This document shows, piece after piece, positions 24,897-35,904 of a stretch of DNA of 64,000 nt. Numbering within the stretch: position 1 is the first letter of the stretch; every line of letters begins with the position of its first letter. The stretch lies in sequence record PP601403.1. One strand, given 5' to 3'. Under the pieces are notes generated by a model that worked only from the letters and a program-made list of their open reading frames with translations, had not been told where the DNA came from and ran no database searches. A program made the position numbers and the translations under genes.

Positions 24897-26627
24897 TTAT
24901 GCTGCTTCTTTTTCTTGTTGAATAAAAGGCTTAACCGTATTGGTGTAGAAAGTAGAGATATCAGAAATAGTCGGCATCCCGTAAATCACGTTGCACAACT
25001 CTACAGCGTTAGCCTGGGGACTAGACGCGTAGTTGATCCCAACTTTACGATATTCCATTCTATCAAGACCTTCTATCTGACAAACCTCCAATCTAGTTGT
25101 TTTGTTAGAAACATTTAGAGCTACTGTTGAGTTCGGATATGCAGCTGCCACATCTATGTCGTCTACGCTGTGCCTTCCTTTACTCTTCCATGACGGTAAT
25201 CCGGCATAGATTGTTTTCCCATTCTCTTCGTTAAGCTCTGCGTGGAGTAGAGCGATCCAATCTCGAAGGTCTGGTTTAATAGATTTGAACTCATCCTCTT
25301 TCTGACGTCCTACTGTTCCCCATACATAACCATTTTCAAGCGCTATGAAAGAGAGCTTATCAGAAATCATACTTGGTTGAGACTGATACGACTTCAACTC
25401 GGAAGATGTCACTAGAGATGGCAAAGACAACGAGTAGTCATTAGTTACTCTATTAATGTCCTCAATTACCCAGTTATCTCGAATGTTGTACATCGCATAC
25501 AAGTATGGTTCGTTCTTGAGCATCCATTTGTGCCACTCAGCAGAACCAGCTTGTAGATGTCCACCAATCTCCGTATAGAGCTTACCTTCCACTTTCTCGT
25601 GTTGAGACGTAGCTTGCAGAGAGTAGGACTCACGTTTACCCTGAGGAGCACGTTTAATAGCGTAGAATGACATCCCATCAAACCACTGCCACTTAGCAGG
25701 AGCTTGAACTACTGGGAACTTCTCATGGTTATCAAGGGGAGTTTTAGATCCATCTACTTTGGTTTTAAACTGTCTTCCTGGGAAGAAAAAGTAATCTTGA
25801 TAAACACCTGGAACTGAAGGATCAGAGTAAACTTCTTTTAAGTTAAAGTTCTCATTAAGCAGCGCATTCTGGTTAGCTTCCATATCAAAGCCAGCGTTCC
25901 AGGATACAATGAAATCTGGTCCTTGTCTGTGCCAGAACTGAATATTGTTATACACTACTTTACCTGGAGTATCTTCTAAAACATAATGGATTTTGACATC
26001 ATGTTTTTCGATATATTCCTTTAGGTATTTCTCTTCATATTCCTTAAGGGTTTTAAGGATGTGTTCATCAGAGTGACCATGGAATATAGAACGAAGTCCA
26101 GACCAATAGACAACTTTTTCAAAGGTGGTAGAAGCCATACAAACAGGACCAGTGGTGTTGTCTGGCATGATGAATGTTTCTACGTCATATGCAGCTACTG
26201 AATAAGCTTCTTGGGGTTGGTGATCAGGGAACTTATCGTAGTATTTTTGCTTATAGACTACGGGGACAGTTTCTTGACATCCGAATACGAAGGGGTTGGA
26301 TTTTAGATCATAGAGTTGAGCAGAACGATCTGGCCGTCCGAATAGTACTTTAGAGATATTAGTAGCGAGTCTAGCTTCATTAGAAGAGTACTTGTCACAT
26401 TTGGATAATTCAATATAATCTTTCTTATCTTTGAAATTACGGTGTTTGGGTTTTACTATATAGAAATCACGTTTATAGTTTTCTATTTTAGCTAATCTAC
26501 TTTTACGAGTTCCATCAGCATAAATATCAGTAATTTTAGCTGTGAGGAGATCTGAATTAGAATCGTATTGATTAAAGGAAAGGTAGGCGTGTTTGCAAAC
26601 ACGCGCGACAATTTTGTTCTCTTCCAT
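24897..26627 (-). CDS. Split family-B DNA polymerase, exonuclease plus partial polymerase half (phiKZ gp82-like)
   Basis: ExoI AYDVETF, ExoII SWNAGFDM, ExoIII YNIRD, and polymerase motif A DIDVAAAYPN near the C-terminus. Confidence 0.85.
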   Translation of the reverse strand: MEENKIVARVCKHAYLSFNQYDSNSDLLTAKITDIYADGTRKSRLAKIENYKRDFYIVKPKHRNFKDKKDYIELSKCDKYSSNEARLATNISKVLFGRPDRSAQLYDLKSNPFVFGCQETVPVVYKQKYYDKFPDHQPQEAYSVAAYDVETFIMPDNTTGPVCMASTTFEKVVYWSGLRSIFHGHSDEHILKTLKEYEEKYLKEYIEKHDVKIHYVLEDTPGKVVYNNIQFWHRQGPDFIVSWNAGFDMEANQNALLNENFNLKEVYSDPSVPGVYQDYFFFPGRQFKTKVDGSKTPLDNHEKFPVVQAPAKWQWFDGMSFYAIKRAPQGKRESYSLQATSQHEKVEGKLYTEIGGHLQAGSAEWHKWMLKNEPYLYAMYNIRDNWVIEDINRVTNDYSLSLPSLVTSSELKSYQSQPSMISDKLSFIALENGYVWGTVGRQKEDEFKSIKPDLRDWIALLHAELNEENGKTIYAGLPSWKSKGRHSVDDIDVAAAYPNSTVALNVSNKTTRLEVCQIEGLDRMEYRKVGINYASSPQANAVELCNVIYGMPTISDISTFYTNTVKPFIQQEKEAA

Positions 26628-26641
26628 TGCTGGGTGTCCCG

Positions 26642-26650
26642 AATGTTATG
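26642..26650 (+). promoter_or_regulatory. Putative late promoter (ATGTTATG)
   Basis: aatgttatg upstream of a head-protein operon. The same motif occurs at 44999, 53389 and (minus strand) 16789. Confidence 0.45.
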
Positions 26651-26714
26651 ACGTCAAATTAGGGTTCTCTAAAATATAGAACCTGTGCTAATTAATTATT
26701 CCCTGGGAGTAGAT

Positions 26715-28064
26715 ATGTTAGGTATCGAATTTATCAGAAAGGAGCAAGATTTAAACTTCTCCTTGGCTGGTATGGAATTTATGGATTTCCAGAAACAGGA
26801 TCGCTACCTGAAGCTGGTTGAGTTCTTTAAGCCGTTGATTAAGAACATGGATGGTGTTATCACTATCGACTGGATCAAGAGTGAGCAAGATGATCTAGTA
26901 AAACTGATCATGGAAATCTCAGGTATCAAAGTAAAGGTTATTGAATACCAAGGTTACGAAGGTAACTTAGGAATTGATGCTGGGTACCTTTCTCCGAATG
27001 CAGTGTTGAATAACAAAGGCATTGATGATTTTGTAGATGCTAAACACACCAAGGTTTCTCAAGCATTCAGAAGTTTGAATGTGGATGTACTCAAAGGCTG
27101 GGTAGATCAAAAGACTGGTATGATTGGTGGGGACTTTAGCAAGATCGAGTTTGATCTTTACATCCAGACTTATCTCGACATGTTTATCAATACTGACAAA
27201 CTGAAGAAGCTGGGTGTTCCGGCTGAGAACGCATTAGCTGGTTTTATTGTACATGAACTTGGTCATGTCTGGACTGCTTTCTATACAGTATGGCGAAACG
27301 TTTCTGATATGATGATGCAGAACAACGCTGTCCGTATGTTGAGCAGAGCTGAGGGCCAGAGAGAACAAATTGAGATCTATAAAGAAACTCTCAAGGTTCT
27401 AGAAGCCGATGCTAAAGTGGATGATAAAATCATTTCAGCACTAGATACAGACGAAGCTAGAAAAGCCTTCTTTGATAAAGCCATCTCAAATCGTGATTTA
27501 CGTCGTACTCTGTCTGTAGGTACCGCTGATCGTGCTAGTGAAGTAATGGCAGATATGTATGCCATTAAAATGGGCTGTCCTAAGGATCTGGTAACTGGTT
27601 TAGTTTCACTCCACGGTTCTGAAGGGATGGGACCTAGTAGTCTTGTGTTCAGTGTCTTTATGTTATCAGCTTCGGTACTTGTATCTTATCCTTTAGGGAT
27701 TGGGCTATGGGGTGTGATTACAACGCTTAACTTCCACGGGATTCTAGCTAGTAAACTTGCACCAGATTACCTTTACGATAGTAATTATCGCCGCATTAAA
27801 ACTATTTTGCGTGAATGTGTTACTGAGTTCTCCCAGAACAAGAAAATGAAACCTGCTGATAAACAGCAATTCTTAGCTAAATGTAAAGAGATTGAAAAGT
27901 TAGTAGAAGAGAATAAACCTATTCTCGAAGGAACAGCGTTCCAACGTTACATTGGCTGGATCTGTTCTGGTACTGATTTCAAAGCTCAAGAGTTTGAACA
28001 TTACACAGCTGAACTTGTTTCCCATAATCTTGCCCTTTATACCGACTACTTTAAAGAGAGTTAA
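26715..28064 (+). CDS. Virion-cluster protein with a zincin metallopeptidase motif and a hydrophobic hairpin
   Basis: FIVHELGH, downstream EVMADMYA, and a hydrophobic segment SLVFSVFMLSASVLVSYPLGIGLWGVITTL. RBS GGGAG supports a start at 26715. Confidence 0.6.
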   Translation: MLGIEFIRKEQDLNFSLAGMEFMDFQKQDRYLKLVEFFKPLIKNMDGVITIDWIKSEQDDLVKLIMEISGIKVKVIEYQGYEGNLGIDAGYLSPNAVLNNKGIDDFVDAKHTKVSQAFRSLNVDVLKGWVDQKTGMIGGDFSKIEFDLYIQTYLDMFINTDKLKKLGVPAENALAGFIVHELGHVWTAFYTVWRNVSDMMMQNNAVRMLSRAEGQREQIEIYKETLKVLEADAKVDDKIISALDTDEARKAFFDKAISNRDLRRTLSVGTADRASEVMADMYAIKMGCPKDLVTGLVSLHGSEGMGPSSLVFSVFMLSASVLVSYPLGIGLWGVITTLNFHGILASKLAPDYLYDSNYRRIKTILRECVTEFSQNKKMKPADKQQFLAKCKEIEKLVEENKPILEGTAFQRYIGWICSGTDFKAQEFEHYTAELVSHNLALYTDYFKES

Positions 28065-28066
28065 TC

Positions 28067-28495
28067 ATGTCACATCTTGCTCACATCGTTACTTTTAAGA
28101 AAACCCTAATTGCTGATGGGATTACTGATCCAAAACTTCAGATTGATCTTACTCGTTCTGCTTATGTTCGTGCTCTGATTAGTCTTAAACATCAATCGGC
28201 TATTGATGGTAAAGATTTTAAACCGTTCTGTAATCACGTTCTCTCTTACTGGAATGAAACTTCTCCCGTAGCAGGTTCATTGGTGGTATCTGAAGTTATC
28301 CACTTCTTTGCTGTACTTGATAAAGCGCTGAGTAACGTAGGTGAAATGGAAGTTATTCAAGTTCCTGTTACTACTGCACCTGAGCTCCCTGAAGGTAAGA
28401 AACTTACTGAGATGGCTTCTTATACAGATCTGGTAAACGCTTTGCTGGTCGAAGCTAGTGAGAAGTATAAGACTTGGGTTGAAGAATACTGCTAA
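28067..28495 (+). CDS. Hypothetical protein
   Basis: 142-aa ORF in the operon. Confidence 0.7.
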   Translation: MSHLAHIVTFKKTLIADGITDPKLQIDLTRSAYVRALISLKHQSAIDGKDFKPFCNHVLSYWNETSPVAGSLVVSEVIHFFAVLDKALSNVGEMEVIQVPVTTAPELPEGKKLTEMASYTDLVNALLVEASEKYKTWVEEYC

Positions 28496-28505
28496 GGAGA
28501 AAGTA

Positions 28506-30041
28506 ATGGAAGATGAAATCGAATTGGGATCTGTTATCCAACTTTCCCCTCACGCTCAAACCGTTCAACTAACCTCTGGTAAAGTCAGTACGGATGACGA
28601 ACCATTAATCTCTTTAGATGATGTCTATGAAGTCACCGGTCAAGAATCAATCAACATTATCGTCAAAAGTGCTCAAGAGTATTTTAAACATAATCGTCTT
28701 CATCGCGACTCCCTGACTTGTTTAAAAATCTCTGGGATGGAAAGTCTTCTTCCTATCTATGATCGGATGAATGCTCGTAAGGGCGGTGAATCTTTCATTG
28801 AAGGTTTCAAGAAAGGTTTCATGGTAATTATGAAAGCCATTGCTGACTTTATTAAGCAAGTGGTTAGTTGGTGTGTGGTTAAAGTAAAAACCATGTTTGG
28901 TTTTGCTAAGACAGAGAAAGAAACAGCAGCAGCTGTTACTAACTTTGAGAATGATGTTAAACCACGTCTTCAGAACCTGATTAAAGATACCTTTGGCAAT
29001 GGTGCTGGTATTGGCACTATTTCATTTGATGAGTTCGTCAAATCACTTCCAGAAGGTGTTACTGGCAAAGAAGCAATGATCATCATTAAACAACGTGGTG
29101 AGAAAGCTGAAGATGCCATTAATCGGATGACTAAAGCTGTTGATGAAGTTCCCAAAGCAATCGCTGAAATTAACAAGTCTATGCAAAAATCACGGACTGT
29201 TAAGAACCGCTTCCAAATGTTGATGCGTGATCTTAAAACTAAGGTTAAGAATAAAGATGTTACCGAAGGAGATATTGTAAACTTCGTAGCTGGTTTGAAT
29301 CACGAGGTGACAGATACTCTTAATCCTGAGAACTGTATTAATATTGCTCAAACCCTTTCTGAAAAGGTATTTGGTGTACAGATCGAAGGTTTCGGGTTGG
29401 AAGGTGGGTTTAAACAAGCTCAGGATCAGCTTAAGAACGCTTTAGAGCGCACCAAGACCAATGTTAATCTGGAAGTACTTGGGATCTATCAAAAGCTCTC
29501 AGACAGTTATACACCGATCATGGCTCAAGCTGATAACATTAAGTTAGACCCTGCTGCTCTTGATGATTTCAAAGTTATCCTTGATGTTGATAGTAATAGT
29601 GTCGTTAATCTGATCGCTACCAATTACCCTCAGTATAACTCTATCCTTAGTGATTACGCACAATTTGGTCAACGTGTTTCCAAATACAACGAAGCACTCT
29701 CCTTGTGTGTGACTATTGTTAATGACTGTAAAGCTGTAGGACAGAGTGTTGTTAAATGGCTAACTGCAATGAGAACTATTGCAGCAGCTTACGTTACCCA
29801 GGATATTGAGAAGATTGTCAAAGCCCATGAAACTTTCACCCCAGGTAACGAAGATAAATACGTGGCTGATAAAGGTGCTTATTTCTTAGCTGATGATCTA
29901 AAGATCCTTAACTCTATTTATCCTGGTCGTAACTGGGTAGAGGAAGCTCTAACTTATACCCGTGCTATTTCTCAAATGCCAGATGTGAAAAAGCGTATCA
30001 ATAATCTACTGGGTCAACTTTCTGTTCCCTTGAAGGTGTAA
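28506..30041 (+). CDS. Internal head protein with G-x-E propeptide sites
   Basis: TGQES, SGMES and KGGESF are followed by an amphipathic helix. RBS AAGGAG supports a start at 28506. Confidence 0.65.
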   Translation: MEDEIELGSVIQLSPHAQTVQLTSGKVSTDDEPLISLDDVYEVTGQESINIIVKSAQEYFKHNRLHRDSLTCLKISGMESLLPIYDRMNARKGGESFIEGFKKGFMVIMKAIADFIKQVVSWCVVKVKTMFGFAKTEKETAAAVTNFENDVKPRLQNLIKDTFGNGAGIGTISFDEFVKSLPEGVTGKEAMIIIKQRGEKAEDAINRMTKAVDEVPKAIAEINKSMQKSRTVKNRFQMLMRDLKTKVKNKDVTEGDIVNFVAGLNHEVTDTLNPENCINIAQTLSEKVFGVQIEGFGLEGGFKQAQDQLKNALERTKTNVNLEVLGIYQKLSDSYTPIMAQADNIKLDPAALDDFKVILDVDSNSVVNLIATNYPQYNSILSDYAQFGQRVSKYNEALSLCVTIVNDCKAVGQSVVKWLTAMRTIAAAYVTQDIEKIVKAHETFTPGNEDKYVADKGAYFLADDLKILNSIYPGRNWVEEALTYTRAISQMPDVKKRINNLLGQLSVPLKV

Positions 30042-30042
30042 C

Positions 30043-30726
30043 ATGGTTAAAGAAGAAGTTGTAAAGGTAATTAATGAACTACGTATTCTCACAGCTAACT
30101 ATAAGAAGTTTCGTGAGTACGTAGAAACCTTCACTAGTGAACCGCGTTGTAAGAAAGGTGTCTTGGAGTTTGTTGATTCCTTGTTCTCTTATAATGACGG
30201 AAATGGTCAAGAGTATCCAGCAGTATACGGTAAGGTTCGTAATAAACTTGGGTTGGAGCTAACTGTAGCTAAGAGTGACATGAACGTTAGATTGTTCAGA
30301 GATGCTCTACGTGATCTTTATCTTGATTCTTCAGCAGTTAATAAGCTGGTAGAGACTCGGATTGAGTTGGTTGCTAAACTTTGTGAATACGTTAAACACA
30401 TTCAATCTGAACTGGATAAGTCAGAACTCACTGATGCCCGTGAACGTCAAGTTTACCTCCGTCGTGCGTTAGCTAGACTTAAAGGTGTTTTCGGTTCTTT
30501 CCTTGCAGCGCGTATTAGCAAAGACTCTTGGTCAGAAGTACGCCCCGCTGAACATGTTCCATATCTAACAGACTCTATGGATGAAATTATCACTAAGTAC
30601 TTTAGTTATCCTGATAAAATCTCCCCTTGGTTAGTTGATTGGGATCACAATGAACTAAGTGATGAATTCACTATCGACAGTGTTGAAACATTCTTAGACT
30701 ATCTAGATACTTTTATTAAGTATTAA
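30043..30726 (+). CDS. Hypothetical (probable virion) protein
   Basis: 227-aa ORF, last gene of the operon. Confidence 0.65.
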   Translation: MVKEEVVKVINELRILTANYKKFREYVETFTSEPRCKKGVLEFVDSLFSYNDGNGQEYPAVYGKVRNKLGLELTVAKSDMNVRLFRDALRDLYLDSSAVNKLVETRIELVAKLCEYVKHIQSELDKSELTDARERQVYLRRALARLKGVFGSFLAARISKDSWSEVRPAEHVPYLTDSMDEIITKYFSYPDKISPWLVDWDHNELSDEFTIDSVETFLDYLDTFIKY

Positions 30727-30734
30727 ATAACATA

Positions 30735-30767
30735 AACTCTCTACTCTCCAATGGAGAGTAGAGAGTT
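30735..30767. terminator. Bidirectional hairpin terminator
   Basis: aactctctactctcc-aat-ggagagtagagagtt. Confidence 0.85.
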
Positions 30768-30777
30768 ACTTCTATGC

Positions 30778-33702
30778 TTAGTTATTCAAATGTCGTTTAA
30801 ACACAATTTCAATATCTTCACGAATAGTCAACAGTCTATCGGAAGTTTGATCAAGCGCTTTTCTAATACTAAATCCATTAGTGTCGTCAACGTTGCTGAT
30901 TACGTCCACAAAGTCATTCCCTGCCATCGCCACCACTTTCACGTCTATGATATCAGGAGTGCGTAGAGCGGTGATTAATGAACTTAGGGAGAACGTTTGT
31001 TTACGTACTTCGTCATTTGCTACTTTATGTGTATTGGTAATCAATACATTCTGAAGGTCATTATCAGTAATCCCTTCATCGGTAAGGTAGTACGTGACAC
31101 TAAGTTTAATATCAGAACGAATAGTTTTCTCAATCCCTTCGTTAATAACGATCTGTGTGAATCCCATGGTGCTGCGGGGTTTAAACAAGATGCGTGTTTC
31201 ATCGATAGCTTGTTTATTAAATTCAACCAATTGATCGTTTACTTCATTAGCAAAGAAATCTTCTACTAAACCAACATAAGTGGCGTCGTAATCATCTTGA
31301 CTGAGTAAGTAGTTAAAGTCAAACCCAATGAAATCCCAATGATATTTAATCAGTCTAGGATGAAGCATAACTGGTTTCCCATGTTCATCATATACTGTTT
31401 GATCTTTGAGATATTTCCAGATAGGTTTGGGAGGTGTTTCATTAGTCATTCTGGGTTCACCTTTACGGTGTTCCAGAACGGCTTTGCCGTCTACAATAAC
31501 TAACTTACCGTTCTCTTTCTTATAAACATCATCCGGATAAACATCAGGAACGTTTTCAGTGTATTTAGCGTATTGAGCCGAACCTACTACTGGACGAATA
31601 CGAGTGTAAAGAGAACGAAGATTCTTACCAAAAGAGATCTTGTATTCAGTTTCAATGATAGCTACGTTTAGACTAGTAAACAAAGACTGATCAATTTTAA
31701 AATCCGCTGTAGACTTGAGCACTTGACCTTCACCAGAATAAGTGAAGATGAAGTTAACAGTTTCATCTAAGTTAACTCTGATCTCATCTTGAGGTTTACC
31801 GAACTGTTTAAACCCTTTCAGATCAATAAGGTTATTATCATCGATATCAAAATTAGAACCCAGATCAAAACTAAAGATGCGTTCTTTATCTTCAGTCCTA
31901 CCTAATAATGTCCCTTTCATAGTGGCAGATACATTAGAACCAGCTGTTTTGAACATCAGTTGAATACTTACTGTGTCATCAGAAAGTTCTTTATACGCAT
32001 CGCTTGATTTGGTTTTGATATTTACAGTGTAACCTGTTTTGCTAGAAAGGATATTAATACTACCAATACCGACTTGAATCCCTAGATTTGCATTCTCATA
32101 TCTAAAGGTTTGGTATTTAATCTCAGGTTTGGCTACTCGATAACAACGTACAGCAGCCCGGTCATTCATTGTATCAATGACATACATGAATGGTGTATAA
32201 ACCATCGACTTAGTTGCCATTGTATCAATCTTGGTCTGGTTATTACTATTGACTAAACTTTCCACTTCGTGAATAGGAAGTAACCGGTTAGTCTGATTAG
32301 TAATGTCAAATACAGAACCACGGATAACTGTTACACGACGACCATTATCAATAGCATTCCCGGAAGCAATCAATTCTTCTAGCGAAGTAAGCACTGTTCC
32401 GGTATGAGTACCAATCGAGCTATTAAACCTGACCATGGATTCGTCGTCAAAGAGTTTATTCTCCTGAATAGGAAGATCCTTAGTGGTACGGTATAGGCGA
32501 CCGGATACTGTATCAATCGACTTAATACTATCGTAACCAAGACGTTCCAGAGTTTGGGTAAAGTCTGAATTACTGATAGGAACTTGACGGCGACGATGAC
32601 CATATATTACCATGTTCTTCAATTCAGTAAACGTTGCACCATTTAACCCACCACTTATAGGAGTAATGGTATCTACAGTTACTTCATTGATATCTCGAAG
32701 TGGTAAAGAGTACTTACCCAATTTACCTTGTTTGTTTCGATAATCAAAATACCCAACTGTATGTTCTTGACTCTTTAGTGTACTTAGATCTTGACTATAT
32801 TCACCCTTAGTAGTGTAGATAAGAAGAGTGATGCGACCCAAAGCGGTTTCGTTCTGTAAATATACAGAAGGGATAGAAGCTTCAAAACTACTTTCATCAA
32901 TTAAATCAATTGTCAAAGTAGGTTGATTAGGATCAAAGTTATCGTTATTAAAAACTACTGACATTTCATAACGATTATCAGAACCATCTGGAGTAATGAA
33001 TGCTCTTACTGCAAACAGTTTATCTTTAAACTCAATAGTGCTACGATAACCAGTTGTAACGTTAACAGGATCTGGACCACGTTCAGTAATCTCTAACTGT
33101 CTCATAGGTAAATGAACAGAAAGATATTTACGATTATCAATATTGAGAATCTCTCGATCAGGAGAGTTACCTACTAGTGGTTTAAGGGGGGAGTTATAGG
33201 AACTGTCATAGACCACCTGATAACCACCATGATCCATTACTCGGATCTCAACTGGGTTCTCTAGTAGGAATGGAATACCAGCTACTGTGAACTGACTATC
33301 AGGAGGAAGAACTACTTTCTTATAAGTGTTAACTTGTGTTCCGTCAGTATCGGTATATTCCAAAGCAATAGAGTTGATAACTTCTTCCGAAACTATCCAA
33401 CGCCAAGTAAGATTAGAAGGTTCACTAAAAACACCGTACCAGTCTTCATCACACATTACTTTAGAAAGGTCAGAAAGATTACGAGCATGGACTGGATACT
33501 TCTTAGCGGTGTTATCACCAAGCCTTGAAATAAACCCGTAGTTAGTACCTACAATCAAATCCACTGCATAGCTAAACGGATGTGATTTACTATTAAGTGT
33601 TCCTGAACCAGCACTAAACGTAGCTTCTATTTCTTTGAATACAGTACCGATAATTCTACTTGGGTTATTAGCGTATTTTTCCAAATCGTCAAAAGAAAGC
33701 AT
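30778..33702 (-). CDS. Baseplate wedge protein (T4 gp6-like; phiKZ gp87-like)
   Basis: 974 aa, beta-rich. GGLNGATFTELKNMV...PISNSDF resembles the gp6/baseplate-J GG.D.E...R...AVT..DY motif. Confidence 0.55.
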   Translation of the reverse strand: MLSFDDLEKYANNPSRIIGTVFKEIEATFSAGSGTLNSKSHPFSYAVDLIVGTNYGFISRLGDNTAKKYPVHARNLSDLSKVMCDEDWYGVFSEPSNLTWRWIVSEEVINSIALEYTDTDGTQVNTYKKVVLPPDSQFTVAGIPFLLENPVEIRVMDHGGYQVVYDSSYNSPLKPLVGNSPDREILNIDNRKYLSVHLPMRQLEITERGPDPVNVTTGYRSTIEFKDKLFAVRAFITPDGSDNRYEMSVVFNNDNFDPNQPTLTIDLIDESSFEASIPSVYLQNETALGRITLLIYTTKGEYSQDLSTLKSQEHTVGYFDYRNKQGKLGKYSLPLRDINEVTVDTITPISGGLNGATFTELKNMVIYGHRRRQVPISNSDFTQTLERLGYDSIKSIDTVSGRLYRTTKDLPIQENKLFDDESMVRFNSSIGTHTGTVLTSLEELIASGNAIDNGRRVTVIRGSVFDITNQTNRLLPIHEVESLVNSNNQTKIDTMATKSMVYTPFMYVIDTMNDRAAVRCYRVAKPEIKYQTFRYENANLGIQVGIGSINILSSKTGYTVNIKTKSSDAYKELSDDTVSIQLMFKTAGSNVSATMKGTLLGRTEDKERIFSFDLGSNFDIDDNNLIDLKGFKQFGKPQDEIRVNLDETVNFIFTYSGEGQVLKSTADFKIDQSLFTSLNVAIIETEYKISFGKNLRSLYTRIRPVVGSAQYAKYTENVPDVYPDDVYKKENGKLVIVDGKAVLEHRKGEPRMTNETPPKPIWKYLKDQTVYDEHGKPVMLHPRLIKYHWDFIGFDFNYLLSQDDYDATYVGLVEDFFANEVNDQLVEFNKQAIDETRILFKPRSTMGFTQIVINEGIEKTIRSDIKLSVTYYLTDEGITDNDLQNVLITNTHKVANDEVRKQTFSLSSLITALRTPDIIDVKVVAMAGNDFVDVISNVDDTNGFSIRKALDQTSDRLLTIREDIEIVFKRHLNN

Positions 33703-33725
33703 AACTTATTTCCTTAAGCATGTGA

Positions 33726-34799
33726 TCACTTCTGTACCCACCACGTTAATTTAATCCCGTATCTACCAGGACCGGAATCATTTCGTTTATCACCTTGAAC
33801 AGGTAACAACAACGGAATCGCTCCGTAATTATAAGCTTGGTACTCTTTAGTACTCAACATTCGATAATACTGGTTACGGTTCTCTGGTCTTAATGCTGGG
33901 TTATAAAGATAGGTGTGTTCGTTAAATGACTGAATCAAACCCAGTTCATTAAACCGCATCCCTACTGAACTAAATTGGACAGAGAAGTCATCTTGACCTT
34001 CAGCTCTCAGTGAGTTCTGGGTATTATCAATGTTAGCCATTGAACCAGCTGGATACGTTGTGGGTATCGATTGTACAGTAGCAAAGATGTGTTCCAAGAA
34101 CTCAGCATCTTTGTTCATGATCAAATGGTAGATTCTGCAATCATAATCAATACGATTACCAAATAGATAAAAATCTCTAGGAGATAAGTTACGATCACCA
34201 GAAGTAACTTCTGAAATGTAATCTTCCCATACTTGGAACAAAGCAGGTATTACACTTGGTTTCGGGTTATAGTAAGTCTGAGCCATGGTAAATGTGCCAT
34301 TCTCTTCTAACTTACTACTCACACGCTGATATACTTGATCACGAATACCAGGTTCTGAACTCTGAGTTTGAATTTGTAAATCACCAAACCCAGTAGATGT
34401 TTTCAGATACTCAGTTAAACAGGTAATAAAAGGAATCTGGTTATTAAGCATTATAGGTTGATTTGCAGCAGCCCAGCGCTCATCTAACATCCCTCTTATA
34501 TAGGCACCCATACTGTATTGCGAGACACCCATTAAACTACAAAGCTTCTCAGAACGACTGACGTTATCATCAGTTAAATTCAATTGTGGTCGAGTGACGA
34601 AGGCTAATCCTATGGTGTTATCGGACAGCGGCATCATAGCCGGTCCTCTGCCTAGTAGCCTAAATCCTCGAAGAGAATTTATTAGCGGTGCAGTATAACC
34701 CGGAGTACCACTATCGAGCATAGCTGCATCAAAAAGCTCTTTTCGTTTATCTAGGGTTTCTCCGGTATAATTTGTAAAATCATTCTCATTTTGTTCCAT
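33726..34799 (-). CDS. Tail-tube-fold baseplate protein (phiKZ gp88-like)
   Basis: F.MAQTY...LFQVWEDYI and P.TYP...DDFSVQF resemble tail-tube/T4 gp48-54 patterns. Confidence 0.5.
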   Translation of the reverse strand: MEQNENDFTNYTGETLDKRKELFDAAMLDSGTPGYTAPLINSLRGFRLLGRGPAMMPLSDNTIGLAFVTRPQLNLTDDNVSRSEKLCSLMGVSQYSMGAYIRGMLDERWAAANQPIMLNNQIPFITCLTEYLKTSTGFGDLQIQTQSSEPGIRDQVYQRVSSKLEENGTFTMAQTYYNPKPSVIPALFQVWEDYISEVTSGDRNLSPRDFYLFGNRIDYDCRIYHLIMNKDAEFLEHIFATVQSIPTTYPAGSMANIDNTQNSLRAEGQDDFSVQFSSVGMRFNELGLIQSFNEHTYLYNPALRPENRNQYYRMLSTKEYQAYNYGAIPLLLPVQGDKRNDSGPGRYGIKLTWWVQK

Positions 34800-34819
34800 C
34801 TGTTACTCCGGGAGTATAT

Positions 34820-35902
34820 ATGGCCATTGCAGCAGTTTTGGCGTTTGGCTCGATGCTGACCTCCCTCGCTACCGTTGTAGGTAAAGGCGGGGAAAACATC
34901 GACAAAGCAAAAGAAGTTATTGACCGAGTAGGTTCAGCATACAATGTTTTAAACACAGCGAGTGTTTCTCAGTCTGCTGGGCGTGTTTTGATCTCTCCGA
35001 TGGTTGCGATTGAGCGCAGTTTGATTCATCAAGAATACGCTCAAGATTTGATGACAATCATTAACTTGCGTGATATTAAAGACGCTCTGACCCACCTTGC
35101 TATGCAGGGTCAAGTAGACGGTATTAAGATCGCATCTCTGGTAGATTCCATTAATCCACGTCGTGCTGGATTCTTGGCTTATCAAGGTGTGGAAGCATTT
35201 GGTGGTCAAGCTCCAAGTAAACCTCAAGCTGCTATTGAAGGTCGTGTAACTATTGCTGGTAAAGATTATCCAGACTTTGGCACTTACGCTCCTCTGGCTC
35301 TTGGTCGTACTGTACAAGCTTCTGTACAGATCGGTTCCACCATGGTTAACTTCCCACTTAACTTCCGTCAAGTTCCTGTTCCTGTCTCTTCAAACGATCT
35401 TGAAGCTATCTTTGAAGCAGCTCGTCCAGAAGAAGGTTTGTTCGGTCGTTACATGATGCTTCAATCAGGTGAATTGACTTCTCCTGAATTCCTTACCGGG
35501 ACTGATCAGATCAAACGTGAATTCAATATCCGTATGAATGACATGTCCGGTTACTATAAAGAAGCTACTGAACGTTCTAGTAAGAACAAGATGGCTGCTT
35601 TGAAAACTGGTATTATGTCCATGAACACTATGGCCAATACCATTATCATGAGCCAAGAGACTGCGGATCAGATCGAAATGGAACTTGGTATCAAGTTTAA
35701 CAAATCTGGCATTGCTGCTATTCGTAAGAAAGTCCTTGCTAACACCATTGTCATTGTTGACGATGGCATGGGTATCTTTACCTTCTGGAACTCTGGTTCT
35801 AATATGAAGGAAGAATATACTCGTAAAGAGATCTCAGTTATTACCAAGAAAGAAAACTCTATGGATCTTTCTTCCCTCATGAAACTCTTTGTTGGGCGAT
35901 AA
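34820..35902 (+). CDS. Inner-body/head protein (phiKZ gp89-like)
   Basis: 360 aa with QGVEAF cleavage-type site; first gene of the head-protein operon. Confidence 0.6.
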   Translation: MAIAAVLAFGSMLTSLATVVGKGGENIDKAKEVIDRVGSAYNVLNTASVSQSAGRVLISPMVAIERSLIHQEYAQDLMTIINLRDIKDALTHLAMQGQVDGIKIASLVDSINPRRAGFLAYQGVEAFGGQAPSKPQAAIEGRVTIAGKDYPDFGTYAPLALGRTVQASVQIGSTMVNFPLNFRQVPVPVSSNDLEAIFEAARPEEGLFGRYMMLQSGELTSPEFLTGTDQIKREFNIRMNDMSGYYKEATERSSKNKMAALKTGIMSMNTMANTIIMSQETADQIEMELGIKFNKSGIAAIRKKVLANTIVIVDDGMGIFTFWNSGSNMKEEYTRKEISVITKKENSMDLSSLMKLFVGR

Positions 35903-35904
35903 AC

